DNA of 64,000 nucleotides from a virus. The position numbers and the translations under genes were made by a program. This document shows, piece after piece, positions 47,409-58,843 of the stretch. Numbering within the stretch: position 1 is the stretch's first letter; each line of letters opens with the position of its first letter. The notes beneath the pieces were generated by a model that was not told the DNA's origin, ran no database searches, and saw only the letters and a program-made list of their open reading frames with translations. The DNA is taken from positions 51,583 to 115,582 of IMG/VR virus record IMGVR_UViG_3300048011_000525, one strand, 5' to 3'.

Positions 47409-47738
47409 TTAAACAATTTCTACTGTACTAAGAACACAGTCTAAACTGTCACTTACATTTGAAGAAACATACAAGTTATTATTTGGTGCTAAAATTAGTT
47501 TTTCGCCGCCGTTTAGGACACGTAAACTAGTATTGGGGGGTACAATTAATTCTCTTGCATAATATCCTGTTGTACTTGTGTCGTCACGTAACTCTACATC
47601 GACAAGTACAACACCTTCAGTTAAGTTTGCTAAACTAAACCCGACTACAGTAATTCTTGCATTATCATTAGTTGCCAAAACTTCAGTTTGTTCTGTACCA
47701 ATGTTCGCTACTACTTTATTTTTAAATGTTGTTGCCAT
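47409..47738 (-). CDS. Small beta-rich virion structural protein
   Basis: V.G..LAN, VPPNTSL..L.GGEKLIL; family of 26621 and 59359. Confidence 0.6.
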   Translation of the reverse strand: MATTFKNKVVANIGTEQTEVLATNDNARITVVGFSLANLTEGVVLVDVELRDDTSTTGYYARELIVPPNTSLRVLNGGEKLILAPNNNLYVSSNVSDSLDCVLSTVEIV

Positions 47739-47742
47739 ATAT

Positions 47743-50700
47743 TTATCCTAAAACTAGCACCGTTGAAAGTGCAATCTCCTCTGCTTCATTTCTTGTAATA
47801 CCAGACGAACTACCTGCTACTGATACCCAGTTTTCACCGTCCCAAATTTCAACACGACTGTCGTCTGTATTAAATCTTGTTTGACCTAATTCTGTAAATT
47901 CAACTGGTGGTCTTTGGCCACTTGGTCCTGTAGGAAGTACAACTCCGTAAGTACCATCAAATTTAACATACCCAGCACCGGCATTTTCAAATGTTGTTAA
48001 ACTATTAGCTAACGTGTTTCTAATAGTACTACCATTAAATGAGATGTTATCAAATTTTACACTGCCTGTACCGTTTGCTCTTAGAGCAAGATCCTTGTTT
48101 GCATTAGTAGTTTCAATTATATTACTATCAATACTAATATCGTCCACTTCAACTTTAGGAGCAGTAAGGCCGTCACTATCAATAGTAGCAACTGTTGATC
48201 CAGCAACATCAAATCTAATTGTATTGTCGTTGGTTCCTTCTGATAATTCAGCAGTAATTTTAGTATCGCCGTCAAGGTCTTCAACGCCTTTTAAGTTGAT
48301 CCAATTAGTTCCATTATATCCTTCGAATCTTTCTAGATCAGTGTTATATCTAATTTGTCCAGTTGCTACAGTTGGACGCTCTAGTGTAGTTCCTGTTGGA
48401 ATTTTAAGGGCGCCAGTTGCGGAAATATTTACTACACCGCTTCCTGGAGAAATAGTAAAGTCGCCAGCTGTAGTAATAGTACTTCCACTAAATGAGATAG
48501 CATCAAATACCACGCTACCAGTTCCGTTTGCACGAAGCTCTAAATCACTGTTTGACTGGGTTGTTGTAATGAAGTTATCATCAATTAAAATGTCCCCAGT
48601 ACTAAAACTGTTAGCAGTAATTTTACCACTACTTACAATGTTACCTACAGTAATAGTTCCGTTAACTATTAAATTTTGATCTACTATAAGATCATTACTA
48701 GGTATATAAATTTTTCCTGTGCCGTTTGCACGTAGTTCAAGATTTGAATCTGTTTCAGTAGTTGTAATTTTATTGCCGCTAACTTGAATGTCTTCAAATT
48801 GAACAACTGTTGCGCTAATAATTACATCGCCTTCAACATCTAAGTTACCTGTTAATGTAATATCACCTTCTTGTATTACATTGCCTGTATGCGTAATATT
48901 ACCAACAATATTTGTATTGCTTAGGACAGTATTTCCAGCAACAGTTAAGTTGTTGTCAATAACAACATTATTATTTGGAACATAGACTTCTCCAGTTCCA
49001 TTTGCACGTAGTTCTAAATTTGAATTACTTTGTGTAGTAGTAACAAAATTATCGTCGAGTAACAAATCACCAGTTGTAAAAGTATTTGTTGTAATATTTT
49101 CACTAACATTAATAGTCGTTAAGGTAGTTGTGCCTATAACATTTAAGTTGTTGTTTATTTCTACATTGTTATTAGGAATACTAATAATACCGTACTCAGT
49201 AGCACGTAAATCTAAGTCACTGTTTGATTGAGTAGTAGTAATAAAGTTATCATCAATTTTAATATTTTCAAACTGTGCTGTTCCTGTAGCAGATAAACTT
49301 CCAGTAATAGTATGATTACCAGTAATATTATGATTACCAGTTTGTACTGTATTGCCGGTTTGTGTTACATCGCCGTCTATATTAATATCTTGCAAACTTG
49401 TTGTTCCGGCAACGGTTAGATCGTTATCAATAACAACATTATTATTTGGAATATAAACTTTTCCAGTTCCGTTTGCACGTAAATCTAAATTACTATTTGA
49501 CTGAGTAGTTTCGATAAAGTTTTCATCGATTAGAATATTACTTGTACTAAACCTATGAGCTGTAATTAGTCCTGTAGTAAGTAAATTACTAGAAATATTA
49601 ATATTTCCGTCTACTGTTAAATCGTTAACAATTTTTACATCATTATTTGGTATTAAGATTTCACCAGTACCTGATGCACGTAATTCTAAGTCTGCATTTG
49701 ATGTAGTTGTAGTAATAAAATTATCGTCAACTAATATCTCTTCAAACTGTGCTGAACCGGTTACATCTAAATCTTGAGTTACAATAACATTACCTGTTAT
49801 AGAAGTGTCACCAGTTTGTATGTAGTCACCGATATGTGTAATTACACCTGTAACTGTAACGTCATCGTTGAATGTAGTTGTTCCATCTACTGTTAGATCA
49901 TTATTAATTTGTACATTGTTATTTGGTATTAGTATTTCACCTGTACCACTAGCACGTAAATCTAAATCCGAATTACTATCTGTAGTTTGAATTACATTTC
50001 CAGCAATATCGATATTACCATTACTAATTGCGCCTGCAATATCAAAATTGCCGGTTTGTATATAATTGCCAGTATGAGTAACTAAACCGTTTATAGTTGT
50101 GTTTTGTAAGTCTGTTGCACCGCTTACTGTTAGTGCTTGACTAAATGTAACATCATTAGTTGGTATGTTTATAGTACCAGTGCCTGCTGCACGTAACTCT
50201 AAATCACTATTAGTATCGGTTGTTTCAATAGTGCTGCCATCAATTTGAATATTGCCATTTGTAAACGATCCAGTAATTGTATAATTACCAGTTTGTGTAG
50301 TATTACCTATGTGCGAAATAGTACCTGTTACAGTAGTACCTTGTAAGTTAGTTGCACCACTAACAGTTAAATTATTGTCTATTTGTACATCATTATTTGG
50401 AACATAAATCTCACCAGTTCCGCTTGCACGTAACTCTAAATCACTGTTTGACGATGTTGTTGTAATTACATTACCAGCAATATCAATATTGCCATTACTA
50501 ATTGAACCTGCAATATCAAAGTTACCAGTTTGTATATAATCGCCAATGTGAGTAATTGTTCCAGTAATATTAGTATTAGCTAGTGTTGTTACGCCGCTAA
50601 CAGTTAAATTATTGTCTATTTGTACATTATTATTTGGAACATAAATTTCACCAGTGCCGTTAGCACGTAGTTCTAAGTCACTGTTTGACGCAGTTGTAGT

Positions 50701-52962
50701 AATGTAGTTGTCAGTAATTGTAATGTTATCTAAATTAATTGTATCAACAAATAAGTTTTTCCAAGTCTTAACACTTGTACCTAAATTGTATGTACTTGCA
50801 ACTTTAGGGTTAATATCTGAATCAATGCCTGCTACAATTTCAATAGTGTCAGTTGCTTCGTCACCAATAGTAATATTTCCGCCAATTGTTACATTACCAG
50901 TTACATCTAAACTTCCTGTTACATTTACGTTAGAATTTAAATTAACAGTGCCGCTGCCAGCAGTAAAGTTAGCATCTTGTGTTAATGTTTCAATAGTATT
51001 TCCGCTAATGCGCCAGTCACCGGTTTCAATTTTAGTGCCATCAACAAATGTAGTATCGCTTCCAGTATTAAATGTAACGCCGTTTTCTGTATTAATTTCA
51101 AAATCACTTACAGCAAAAGTTACATTGCCAGTTTCTTGGTTAACGTAAAACAGGTCGCCGACTCTAAAGTCACCTTTATGGTCTACTGAATTATAACGTA
51201 TTCTTGCACCTGCAGATTCTACAATTTCATTTGCTTGTATAACTGTGTTTGGATCGTTATCAACTTCTTTTCCATTACCTATATATGCAACGTTGTGTCC
51301 AATAGCGTACATGATAACGCCTGGGCCTTCGCCAACAAGTCCAAAGTTACCATAAACACTTGCTGATGCAATAAGTCTAACTTCTGCACCAAACTCGCGT
51401 AAATCAAAACTATCTATAGTTGTTGCTGTGGCTGTACCGTCTGTAATACTCTGCGGAGTTAAATCAAATCCGTCTAAATCTAAATAACTGCTTATGTAAA
51501 CATCATTGCCATCTACACTATCAATGGTGCCTGTAAGCACTGTAGAAGCGTCAGCACTGGTGATAGTTAAAATATTACCCTGTGCAAAGGTTCCTGTAAT
51601 ACCGCTTAGTGTTAGCTTAGTTTTACCTGCGCCTCTGCGTCCTGTTGTTCCATCGTAAGCATACATACTACGATTAGCAAAGTATGTAAAGCTGTTTAGC
51701 CATTCAACCCTTGCACCGTTAGTTAATACTACTGCATCAACACCCGGAGTAATAAACGTTACTGAATGGAATAGTAGTGCTGTATTAACTGATGTACTCG
51801 ATGCTACTGCACCGTCTAAGAATACACCTTTACCTGCGTCACCGTCGTTAAATCCTCTAGGATCACCTGGTAGATTTGTTTGTGATGCAACACTTGATCC
51901 GTTTGTAATTACAGTTGTATTTCTAATGTAAGGGCTTCTGCTAGTTGCAGTATATCCAGTTGCATACTTAAATGCATAACCCGGACTGTAAAATCCTGTA
52001 ACAGTTAGTTCTTCAACAGTTGTTTCACCATTAAGTAGAAATGCATCATTTGTGTTTGTTGCCAATGTTGGTTCTATTGTTACAGAACGAATTCCTTCAC
52101 CTTTAACTGTAACACCTGCTGGAACTGTTAATGGAAATTCTTCTGTATAAACACCCGGACTAATAAGGATAGTGTCTCCAGCAACAGCTACACTTAGAGC
52201 GTGTTTAACACTTGCAAATGGATCAAAGAAGTGATCGCCTAACTGTCCGTCATTGCCATTTTCTGCAACATAATATGTATTACCATGTGTAAGATTAAAA
52301 TCAATTGTGCCTACGTCTAAACTGTCACTAATAATAAGACTCGAAGCACGTAAGTTATTAACATATACATCGTTCCATCTGTTGCCGCCTTGATCAGGAT
52401 CGCTACCTAAAGTATAAAAGTCGTCTATGTCTGGAATAATGTTTGATGCAACATCTGCATTAAACACAAGATTATCAGTATTCTCGTCACCTAGTGTAAT
52501 ATTACCATCTGCTGTAATATTACCGCTTGCATAAATGTTTCCGTCGACATTTAGATCGCTATGTACATCTACACTGCCGGTTCCATTTGGACGAAATTCT
52601 AAGTTTGCGTTTGAATCGTTTGTTGTAATAGCATTGCCTTCAATGTCAATACTATCAATTCTAATTTTGTTAAGTGCAACAACAGTGTCAAGTGTTGCTA
52701 AGTTTAAGTAAGGTTGAGTAGAACTAATAGTATTACCTTGAACAGTAATATCTGCTAAATCTGCTCTATTAGAAACTCTTAAATCTGTAGTACGTGTAGT
52801 ACCTGTGATGTCTAATTCGTATTGAGGTGTTGCGTTCTTGATACCGATGCGTTGATTATTAACATCAAGATATAATAAATCCGTCTCGAAAGCTAAATCG
52901 ATTCCATTACGAATCAAATTCGACTTTAAGAGCGGACCGCTAATACGACCGATGGCGCTCAT
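47743..52962 (-). CDS. Long fibre-like protein (1739 aa)
   Basis: About 12 N(S/A)DLELRA(N/S)GTG repeats; YYVAENGND..G...PFASV.HAL followed by a beta-helix-like domain; P.GT..ERP..G.IRYNTD modules. Confidence 0.72.
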   Translation of the reverse strand: MSAIGRISGPLLKSNLIRNGIDLAFETDLLYLDVNNQRIGIKNATPQYELDITGTTRTTDLRVSNRADLADITVQGNTISSTQPYLNLATLDTVVALNKIRIDSIDIEGNAITTNDSNANLEFRPNGTGSVDVHSDLNVDGNIYASGNITADGNITLGDENTDNLVFNADVASNIIPDIDDFYTLGSDPDQGGNRWNDVYVNNLRASSLIISDSLDVGTIDFNLTHGNTYYVAENGNDGQLGDHFFDPFASVKHALSVAVAGDTILISPGVYTEEFPLTVPAGVTVKGEGIRSVTIEPTLATNTNDAFLLNGETTVEELTVTGFYSPGYAFKYATGYTATSRSPYIRNTTVITNGSSVASQTNLPGDPRGFNDGDAGKGVFLDGAVASSTSVNTALLFHSVTFITPGVDAVVLTNGARVEWLNSFTYFANRSMYAYDGTTGRRGAGKTKLTLSGITGTFAQGNILTITSADASTVLTGTIDSVDGNDVYISSYLDLDGFDLTPQSITDGTATATTIDSFDLREFGAEVRLIASASVYGNFGLVGEGPGVIMYAIGHNVAYIGNGKEVDNDPNTVIQANEIVESAGARIRYNSVDHKGDFRVGDLFYVNQETGNVTFAVSDFEINTENGVTFNTGSDTTFVDGTKIETGDWRISGNTIETLTQDANFTAGSGTVNLNSNVNVTGSLDVTGNVTIGGNITIGDEATDTIEIVAGIDSDINPKVASTYNLGTSVKTWKNLFVDTINLDNITITDNYITTTASNSDLELRANGTGEIYVPNNNVQIDNNLTVSGVTTLANTNITGTITHIGDYIQTGNFDIAGSISNGNIDIAGNVITTTSSNSDLELRASGTGEIYVPNNDVQIDNNLTVSGATNLQGTTVTGTISHIGNTTQTGNYTITGSFTNGNIQIDGSTIETTDTNSDLELRAAGTGTINIPTNDVTFSQALTVSGATDLQNTTINGLVTHTGNYIQTGNFDIAGAISNGNIDIAGNVIQTTDSNSDLDLRASGTGEILIPNNNVQINNDLTVDGTTTFNDDVTVTGVITHIGDYIQTGDTSITGNVIVTQDLDVTGSAQFEEILVDDNFITTTTSNADLELRASGTGEILIPNNDVKIVNDLTVDGNINISSNLLTTGLITAHRFSTSNILIDENFIETTQSNSNLDLRANGTGKVYIPNNNVVIDNDLTVAGTTSLQDINIDGDVTQTGNTVQTGNHNITGNHTITGSLSATGTAQFENIKIDDNFITTTQSNSDLDLRATEYGIISIPNNNVEINNNLNVIGTTTLTTINVSENITTNTFTTGDLLLDDNFVTTTQSNSNLELRANGTGEVYVPNNNVVIDNNLTVAGNTVLSNTNIVGNITHTGNVIQEGDITLTGNLDVEGDVIISATVVQFEDIQVSGNKITTTETDSNLELRANGTGKIYIPSNDLIVDQNLIVNGTITVGNIVSSGKITANSFSTGDILIDDNFITTTQSNSDLELRANGTGSVVFDAISFSGSTITTAGDFTISPGSGVVNISATGALKIPTGTTLERPTVATGQIRYNTDLERFEGYNGTNWINLKGVEDLDGDTKITAELSEGTNDNTIRFDVAGSTVATIDSDGLTAPKVEVDDISIDSNIIETTNANKDLALRANGTGSVKFDNISFNGSTIRNTLANSLTTFENAGAGYVKFDGTYGVVLPTGPSGQRPPVEFTELGQTRFNTDDSRVEIWDGENWVSVAGSSSGITRNEAEEIALSTVLVLG

Positions 52963-53126
52963 CTTTTCTCCTCAATACGGGGATCCTGTCCCTCTACCCT
53001 AAATTTTCAGCTTTCGCTCTTTGCCGGATAACCACAGTTAGTCCTGCTCAGCTTATAGATATGTTGGTCTACAATGGTCTTGCTTTGCATTAATAGTATT
53101 TATGCTTTTATGATAAAAGGGCTGGA

Positions 53127-56100
53127 TTAGCCAAAGATTAGCGTATATTCTAAAAGTAAATCATCGAATTCTGCTGCGCTAATTGATTGCTGAATCCCGG
53201 CAGAAGTAACAAACTGAGTGCCGTCCCATACTTCTAATACGTCTTGGTCAGTATTCCAACGTGTTGTACCTACTTCAGGAGTTACTGGACGTTCAGATGA
53301 CGTACCGTATGGTATAACAACAGAGTTTCCGTTAAATTTAACTGCGCCGTATAAGTTATTTTCAAATGTTAATACTGCATTAGAATTATTTGAAATAGTT
53401 CCTTGTGATATTGTAATATCATCTAATAATAGTTCACCAGTTCCGTTTGCACGTAAGACTAAGTCAGTGTTAAGTGTTGAAATAATATTATTTTCTAGTT
53501 TTATATCATCAATATTTAATTTAGTAACATTAAGTCCAAATTCGTCAATTGACGCAGTTTGTACACCGTTGGTATTAAATATTAACGTATTATTTGTAGG
53601 ACTAGCTAACACACTTGTAAGTTTGTTACTAGAATAAATACCGGCAAACGTAACTAAATTATTATTTTTGTATGCTTGAAAAAGATTATCAGTAGAATTA
53701 AAGCGCAATCCGCTATCAATAAGTTGATCTTCAGACGCTGTGCCAACTGGTATTACAACAGCTCCATTACTATCAAATGTAAGATTATTATTAACATCAA
53801 GTGTAATATCAACACTGATAGTACTCAATGTGTCTGCATTTAAGAACAAATCTTGTAAAACAATATTGCTGCCTTCACTAGGACGCAATTCTAAATTACT
53901 GTTACTATCTGTTGTTGTAATAACGTTATCAAATAATTGTATGTTTGAACTTAGTTCAAAGTCTTCAAAGGTAAATGATGTATCAATTTTAATATTAGAT
54001 GCATTAAGTATTTCTGTTGTTACATCATTGTCTACTTGCATGTCGGTACCAACTACTTCGACTACTCCGGCGCCTTGTGCTGATAATTCTAAATTAGAAT
54101 TACTGTCTTGTGAACTAATAACATTTGCATCGAACAACACATCCTCTAACTGTAAATCGTCTTGGATATTTGATGTGCTAACAGTTACCGTACCTACAAC
54201 ACTCATATTACCTACTTGTGTTCTGTTGCCAGTTTGTGTAATATTACCTACAATGTTAGTATTATCAATGTTAGTTGTTCCATTTACTGTTATATTATTA
54301 TCAATGTTAACATTGTTAGACGGAACATATACTAATTTGTTTTCAAATGCTCTTAATTCTAAATTAGCATTTGATAATGTAGTAGAAATATAGTTATCAT
54401 CGAGCGTTGTTGTATTTGAAGCTGTTAAGCTAGGTGCAATAATAGTAGATGAAATTAAGCTAGATAATGTTGTGTTTCCTATGACATTTACATCATTAGT
54501 TATACTTACATCAGTATTTGAAAATAATACACTGCTAGTTCCATTTGCACGTAATTCTAAATTAGGATCAAAATAGTCTCCGTCAAATAATAAGCTATTA
54601 AAATATCCAGGTGTTGCTGTTTCTATATCTATAATTTCATCTAATACAGATTTAATAAAGTTGTCTAGTGCAGTATTTCCTGTAGTCCCATTTGCAATAT
54701 ACTGCAAGTAAGAAATATAATCGCTAGTAGTGTTTGTTCCGCTTTGATTCACGTCGACGTAGTTATTATCTATAAAGAAGTTAACGAGATTCTTTTCAGT
54801 CTGACCTATAAAGTCGACTGCTGTAAATCCATTAATAATAGATTGCACAATACTAGGAATACTCTCTGCTTCATTACTTGCATTTGACGGGCGTAATCCT
54901 TCTCCAAAGTTACGAATTATGTTTTCATCAATATTAATGTTGCCGCCGGACATTTCATTACTTACTAATAAATCGCCAGTAATGTCAACGTTACCTGTTT
55001 GTGTATTATTACCTATTTGTGTAGTTTGGCCTGTTTGTGTAACAGAGTTAAAACTAGCCTCTATTGGATTAACTTCGGTTACAATTCCTATATCTTCAAT
55101 TGTAGATACTGTATCCCATTCAACAATGGTATTTACAGCTCTAAAAATAATATCAATAGTATTACCTTGTGGAACAAATGAAGCTGTTAATACTTGATCG
55201 TCAAATAATCCACTAGACTCATTCCACTCGTAAAGTGTACCAACACCTGATTCAAATACTCTTAGATAAAAGGAATTAGAGTTAGAAACACTTTTAAATC
55301 TTGCTTGAAAATCATAAGTACTTCCTGGCGTAACTGTTATTTCTTGAGATACGTTACGTGCTGCACCTGTTGCATTTATTTGCAATCTACTGTTTATACT
55401 TCTTGCACTTCCGCCGCCTGATTGATCCCAGTTATTTAAATTAGTATCAAAAGTTCCATTAATTACAAGTTCTGGACCGTATTTGTAAAATGTTCTACTG
55501 TTTCTTAAATTTGTAAATCCATTTATATCAAGAGTGTTGTCAATCAGCATAGTGTCTTCAACATATACACTGCCGGTTCCGTTTGCACGTAATTCTAAAT
55601 CTAAATTACCATTATTAGTAGTAATATAATTCTGAGTTATTGTAAGGTCGCCTACTAATGCTTCATTAAACTGTGTTTGAGACGTGACATTAATATTACC
55701 GTTGTTGGTAATATTATTAACAGCTAAGTTATTATTAATTTTTACATCATTATTTGGAACAAGTATTTCACCAGTACCCGAAGCACGAAGTTCTAAGTCT
55801 GTGTTTGTACTTGTAGTTGTAATGACGTTGCCGTCAAACAATATTTCTTCAAACCGTGCTTGACTACCAATATCAATATCTCCAGGGACACTATAGTTGG
55901 TAAGAGTATAATCACCAATTTGAACTCTATCGCTAATATATCTTAGTAATCCAGTAACATTTGTATCTCGTAAGTTTGTTGTTCCGTCAACTGTTAGATT
56001 ATTGTTAATTTGAACATTATTGTTAGGAACAAGTATTTTACCAGTTGCACGAAGTTCTAGATCACTGTTAGAAGTTGTAGTTGATATAAAGTTATCTTCA

Positions 56101-58811
56101 ATTGAAATATCACCGTTTGATATTTCTCCAGCAATATCTAAGTTGCCAGTTTGTGTTCTATCACCAGTGTGTGTTACAGTTCCAGTAATTGTAGTATCTT
56201 GTAAACTAGTTGCGCCACTTACAGTTAAATCCTGTGTAATTTCAACATCGTTAGCGTCAACGTTAATGTCGCCTGTTGCACTTAATGTTAAATTACCTGT
56301 AGTAGTAATAAAGTTATCTTCAATATAAAGATTGCCGTTTGTCCATTCACCATTTAGCGTAACATTACCTGTTTGTACAGTGTCACCAATGTGTGTTAGT
56401 TCGCCAGTAATTGTAGTACCTTGTAAATCAGTATCGGTGCTAACTGTTAAATTGTTATCAATCTGTACATTGTTGTTAGGTACTAATATCTCTCCTGTGC
56501 CACTAGCACGTAATTCTAAGTCTGAATTGCTATCAGTACTAGTTATGAAGTTATCTTCAATAAGAATATTGCCATTACTAATTTCACCAGCAATGATATA
56601 GTTGCCAGTTTGTGTTCTATTACCTACATAAGTTATTGTGCCTGACAGTGCAGTACCTTGCATATCTAGTGTGCCGGCAACTGTTAAATTGTTATCAATT
56701 TGTACATCATTGTTAGGTACATAAATCCTATTTGTAGAACGTAAATCTAAATTTGCATTACTAATGTCAGTAGTAATGTAATTTTCGTCAATTGTAATAT
56801 CATCAATTTCTGCACGATCTACATTAATGTTTGCCCAAGGGCGTACTTCTTCACCTAAATTGTGTGTTAGGGTAACGTGCGGTTTAAAATCTTGTTCTAA
56901 GTCTACATTAAAAGTTAATGTATCAGCAGCAGTATCTCTTCCTGGTTGATTACCTGCGATGTTTAATGTGCCGCCAAAACTAAAATCATCTCTAATATCA
57001 AGACTACCAAATATATTAGTATTGTTATTAATATTCATAGTATCAGTAGCAGATACTAAATTTAGATCTCCTGTCGGGGTGCTAATAGCGTTATTAGCAA
57101 TTGTAATATTACCAGTAGTAACTTCTGTACTTGAAATAACTGTAGTATCGCCGCCGGGGCTAACAATTCGTAATCCTTGTAGTGCATCAATATCAGCTGT
57201 ATCGATATTAATACTAGAATTTCCTGACTCTAAATCTACAAAGAAATTGTCTCCAACTCTGAAGTTACCTTTTTGATCTGTACTAACAAAGTGTATTTGT
57301 CCTGAGTTTAACTCAACAATTTCATTTGCTTGAATTACATCTTCTTGATCATTGTCGCTTTTATTTCCAGCGCCAATATAACCAAAGTTGTGTTGTATTA
57401 GATACATTAATGTATCTGCACCATCTGCTACAGCGCCGTAAGTACCGTATACGTTTGCTGACCCTATTGAACGTAGTTCTGCGCCGCCGCTTATTCCTGC
57501 AAATGCATAAAGGCCTCTGTTAGCATAATATGTAAACGAGTTAAGCCATTCTACTCTAACATCGTTTGTCATGTTAATTACATCAGCACCAGGACTAATA
57601 AACGTACAACTATGGAACAACATTGATTTGTTAACTGTTGCTGCATTCAATTCATTACCGTCAATCCAAGCACCGCGTCCTGCATCTCCTGCGCCTTGGC
57701 TAGTTTCTTGTGTTATTACAGTTACATTTTGAATGTAAGGGCTTCGTTCGCTCATTACAGCATCAGTAGCAAAACGGAAAGCATAACCTGTATTGTTTAC
57801 ACTATTGTAATAATAGTCTTTGATTGTTAAGTTTGCTATTAATGTTTTATCACTTAAATGAAAGACGTCTTCACTTTGACTACTAGTATCTGCTATAATT
57901 GTTGTGTTGCGTATATCTTGGCCAATAACACTAACATTGTTAGGCACTACTAACGGTAGAGCTTCTTGATAGTCGCCTGCTGCAACTAAAATAGTAAAAG
58001 GCTGATCACTACTTGCTTCTGCACGTGAAAGTGCTTCAGATATTGTTGCTAACGGATCAAAAATATGATCTCCACTATTTGCATCATTACCTTCTTGTGC
58101 AACATAAATTATGCCGCCGTGTTTTGTAAGTAAATCTACTCCATTTAGTTCGTAACCACTAACAGTAACACTAGCACCGTTTACTAAGTTTGTATATAAT
58201 TCTGTCCAGCGTTTTTCTGAAGTTCCTAAACTATATAAATCAGATTGGTCTGGAATAATATTACTGTCAAGATCTGTTTCTAAAGTAACAGTGTCTGTAT
58301 CTGAATCGCCAAATGTAATATTGCCGTCGAACGTAATATTGCCTGGAGTATAAATATCTCCAAATACATTTAAATTACTTAATACTTCAGTAGTACCAGT
58401 GCCGTTTGGAGTTAGATCAATGTTAGCATTAGATAATATTGTACTAACAATATTATCACTAATACGAATAGTTCCATTTTCCATATTAGCCATAACAATA
58501 GCTTCAGATGCATTTAAATAAATGTCGCCTACAAGAACTCTAAACGTGCTATCTGTAATTTCAAAACCCGGAGTAGTTGTTGATAAAGATGCTATTAAAT
58601 TTGTAGTTTGTAAGGTTTGAGAAATTTGCAGTTCACTAGCAGGGGCTTCTAAGTCAACACCTATACGGCCGTTAGCAACATCTACTTTTAATAGAGTTGT
58701 GTCGCTATTAGTATTTTTAAAACTTAAATTTTGTTGGGTATTATTAGCAATGCCTTGTCTTAACAAGTTTGCTTCTAATAACGATCCGGATATTCTACCT
58801 ACTTGTGCCAC
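53127..58811 (-). CDS. Long fibre-like protein (1894 aa), paralog of the 1739-aa protein; GTG start
   Basis: AQVGRISG..L..NL.R.G N-terminus shared; same repeats; RVEWLNSFTY.ANR shared; TAAATA at 58833-38 and AGGAG SD. Confidence 0.72.
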   Translation of the reverse strand: MAQVGRISGSLLEANLLRQGIANNTQQNLSFKNTNSDTTLLKVDVANGRIGVDLEAPASELQISQTLQTTNLIASLSTTTPGFEITDSTFRVLVGDIYLNASEAIVMANMENGTIRISDNIVSTILSNANIDLTPNGTGTTEVLSNLNVFGDIYTPGNITFDGNITFGDSDTDTVTLETDLDSNIIPDQSDLYSLGTSEKRWTELYTNLVNGASVTVSGYELNGVDLLTKHGGIIYVAQEGNDANSGDHIFDPLATISEALSRAEASSDQPFTILVAAGDYQEALPLVVPNNVSVIGQDIRNTTIIADTSSQSEDVFHLSDKTLIANLTIKDYYYNSVNNTGYAFRFATDAVMSERSPYIQNVTVITQETSQGAGDAGRGAWIDGNELNAATVNKSMLFHSCTFISPGADVINMTNDVRVEWLNSFTYYANRGLYAFAGISGGAELRSIGSANVYGTYGAVADGADTLMYLIQHNFGYIGAGNKSDNDQEDVIQANEIVELNSGQIHFVSTDQKGNFRVGDNFFVDLESGNSSINIDTADIDALQGLRIVSPGGDTTVISSTEVTTGNITIANNAISTPTGDLNLVSATDTMNINNNTNIFGSLDIRDDFSFGGTLNIAGNQPGRDTAADTLTFNVDLEQDFKPHVTLTHNLGEEVRPWANINVDRAEIDDITIDENYITTDISNANLDLRSTNRIYVPNNDVQIDNNLTVAGTLDMQGTALSGTITYVGNRTQTGNYIIAGEISNGNILIEDNFITSTDSNSDLELRASGTGEILVPNNNVQIDNNLTVSTDTDLQGTTITGELTHIGDTVQTGNVTLNGEWTNGNLYIEDNFITTTGNLTLSATGDINVDANDVEITQDLTVSGATSLQDTTITGTVTHTGDRTQTGNLDIAGEISNGDISIEDNFISTTTSNSDLELRATGKILVPNNNVQINNNLTVDGTTNLRDTNVTGLLRYISDRVQIGDYTLTNYSVPGDIDIGSQARFEEILFDGNVITTTSTNTDLELRASGTGEILVPNNDVKINNNLAVNNITNNGNINVTSQTQFNEALVGDLTITQNYITTNNGNLDLELRANGTGSVYVEDTMLIDNTLDINGFTNLRNSRTFYKYGPELVINGTFDTNLNNWDQSGGGSARSINSRLQINATGAARNVSQEITVTPGSTYDFQARFKSVSNSNSFYLRVFESGVGTLYEWNESSGLFDDQVLTASFVPQGNTIDIIFRAVNTIVEWDTVSTIEDIGIVTEVNPIEASFNSVTQTGQTTQIGNNTQTGNVDITGDLLVSNEMSGGNINIDENIIRNFGEGLRPSNASNEAESIPSIVQSIINGFTAVDFIGQTEKNLVNFFIDNNYVDVNQSGTNTTSDYISYLQYIANGTTGNTALDNFIKSVLDEIIDIETATPGYFNSLLFDGDYFDPNLELRANGTSSVLFSNTDVSITNDVNVIGNTTLSSLISSTIIAPSLTASNTTTLDDNYISTTLSNANLELRAFENKLVYVPSNNVNIDNNITVNGTTNIDNTNIVGNITQTGNRTQVGNMSVVGTVTVSTSNIQDDLQLEDVLFDANVISSQDSNSNLELSAQGAGVVEVVGTDMQVDNDVTTEILNASNIKIDTSFTFEDFELSSNIQLFDNVITTTDSNSNLELRPSEGSNIVLQDLFLNADTLSTISVDITLDVNNNLTFDSNGAVVIPVGTASEDQLIDSGLRFNSTDNLFQAYKNNNLVTFAGIYSSNKLTSVLASPTNNTLIFNTNGVQTASIDEFGLNVTKLNIDDIKLENNIISTLNTDLVLRANGTGELLLDDITISQGTISNNSNAVLTFENNLYGAVKFNGNSVVIPYGTSSERPVTPEVGTTRWNTDQDVLEVWDGTQFVTSAGIQQSISAAEFDDLLLEYTLIFG

Positions 58812-58843
58812 TCACTATTCTCCTTGACACAGTATTTATTGAA

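Noticed and set aside
47740-47745. TAAATA just before the 109-aa gene as a promoter
   Set aside because: It includes the upstream gene's stop codon and is only 1 nt from the ATG, too close to serve this gene
47743-58811. Regularly spaced DNA repeats as a CRISPR array or DGR template/variable pair
   Set aside because: The repeats are in-frame, degenerate at wobble positions and encode the DLELRANGTG motif. No reverse transcriptase or cas gene is present and I saw no adenine-specific mismatch pattern.
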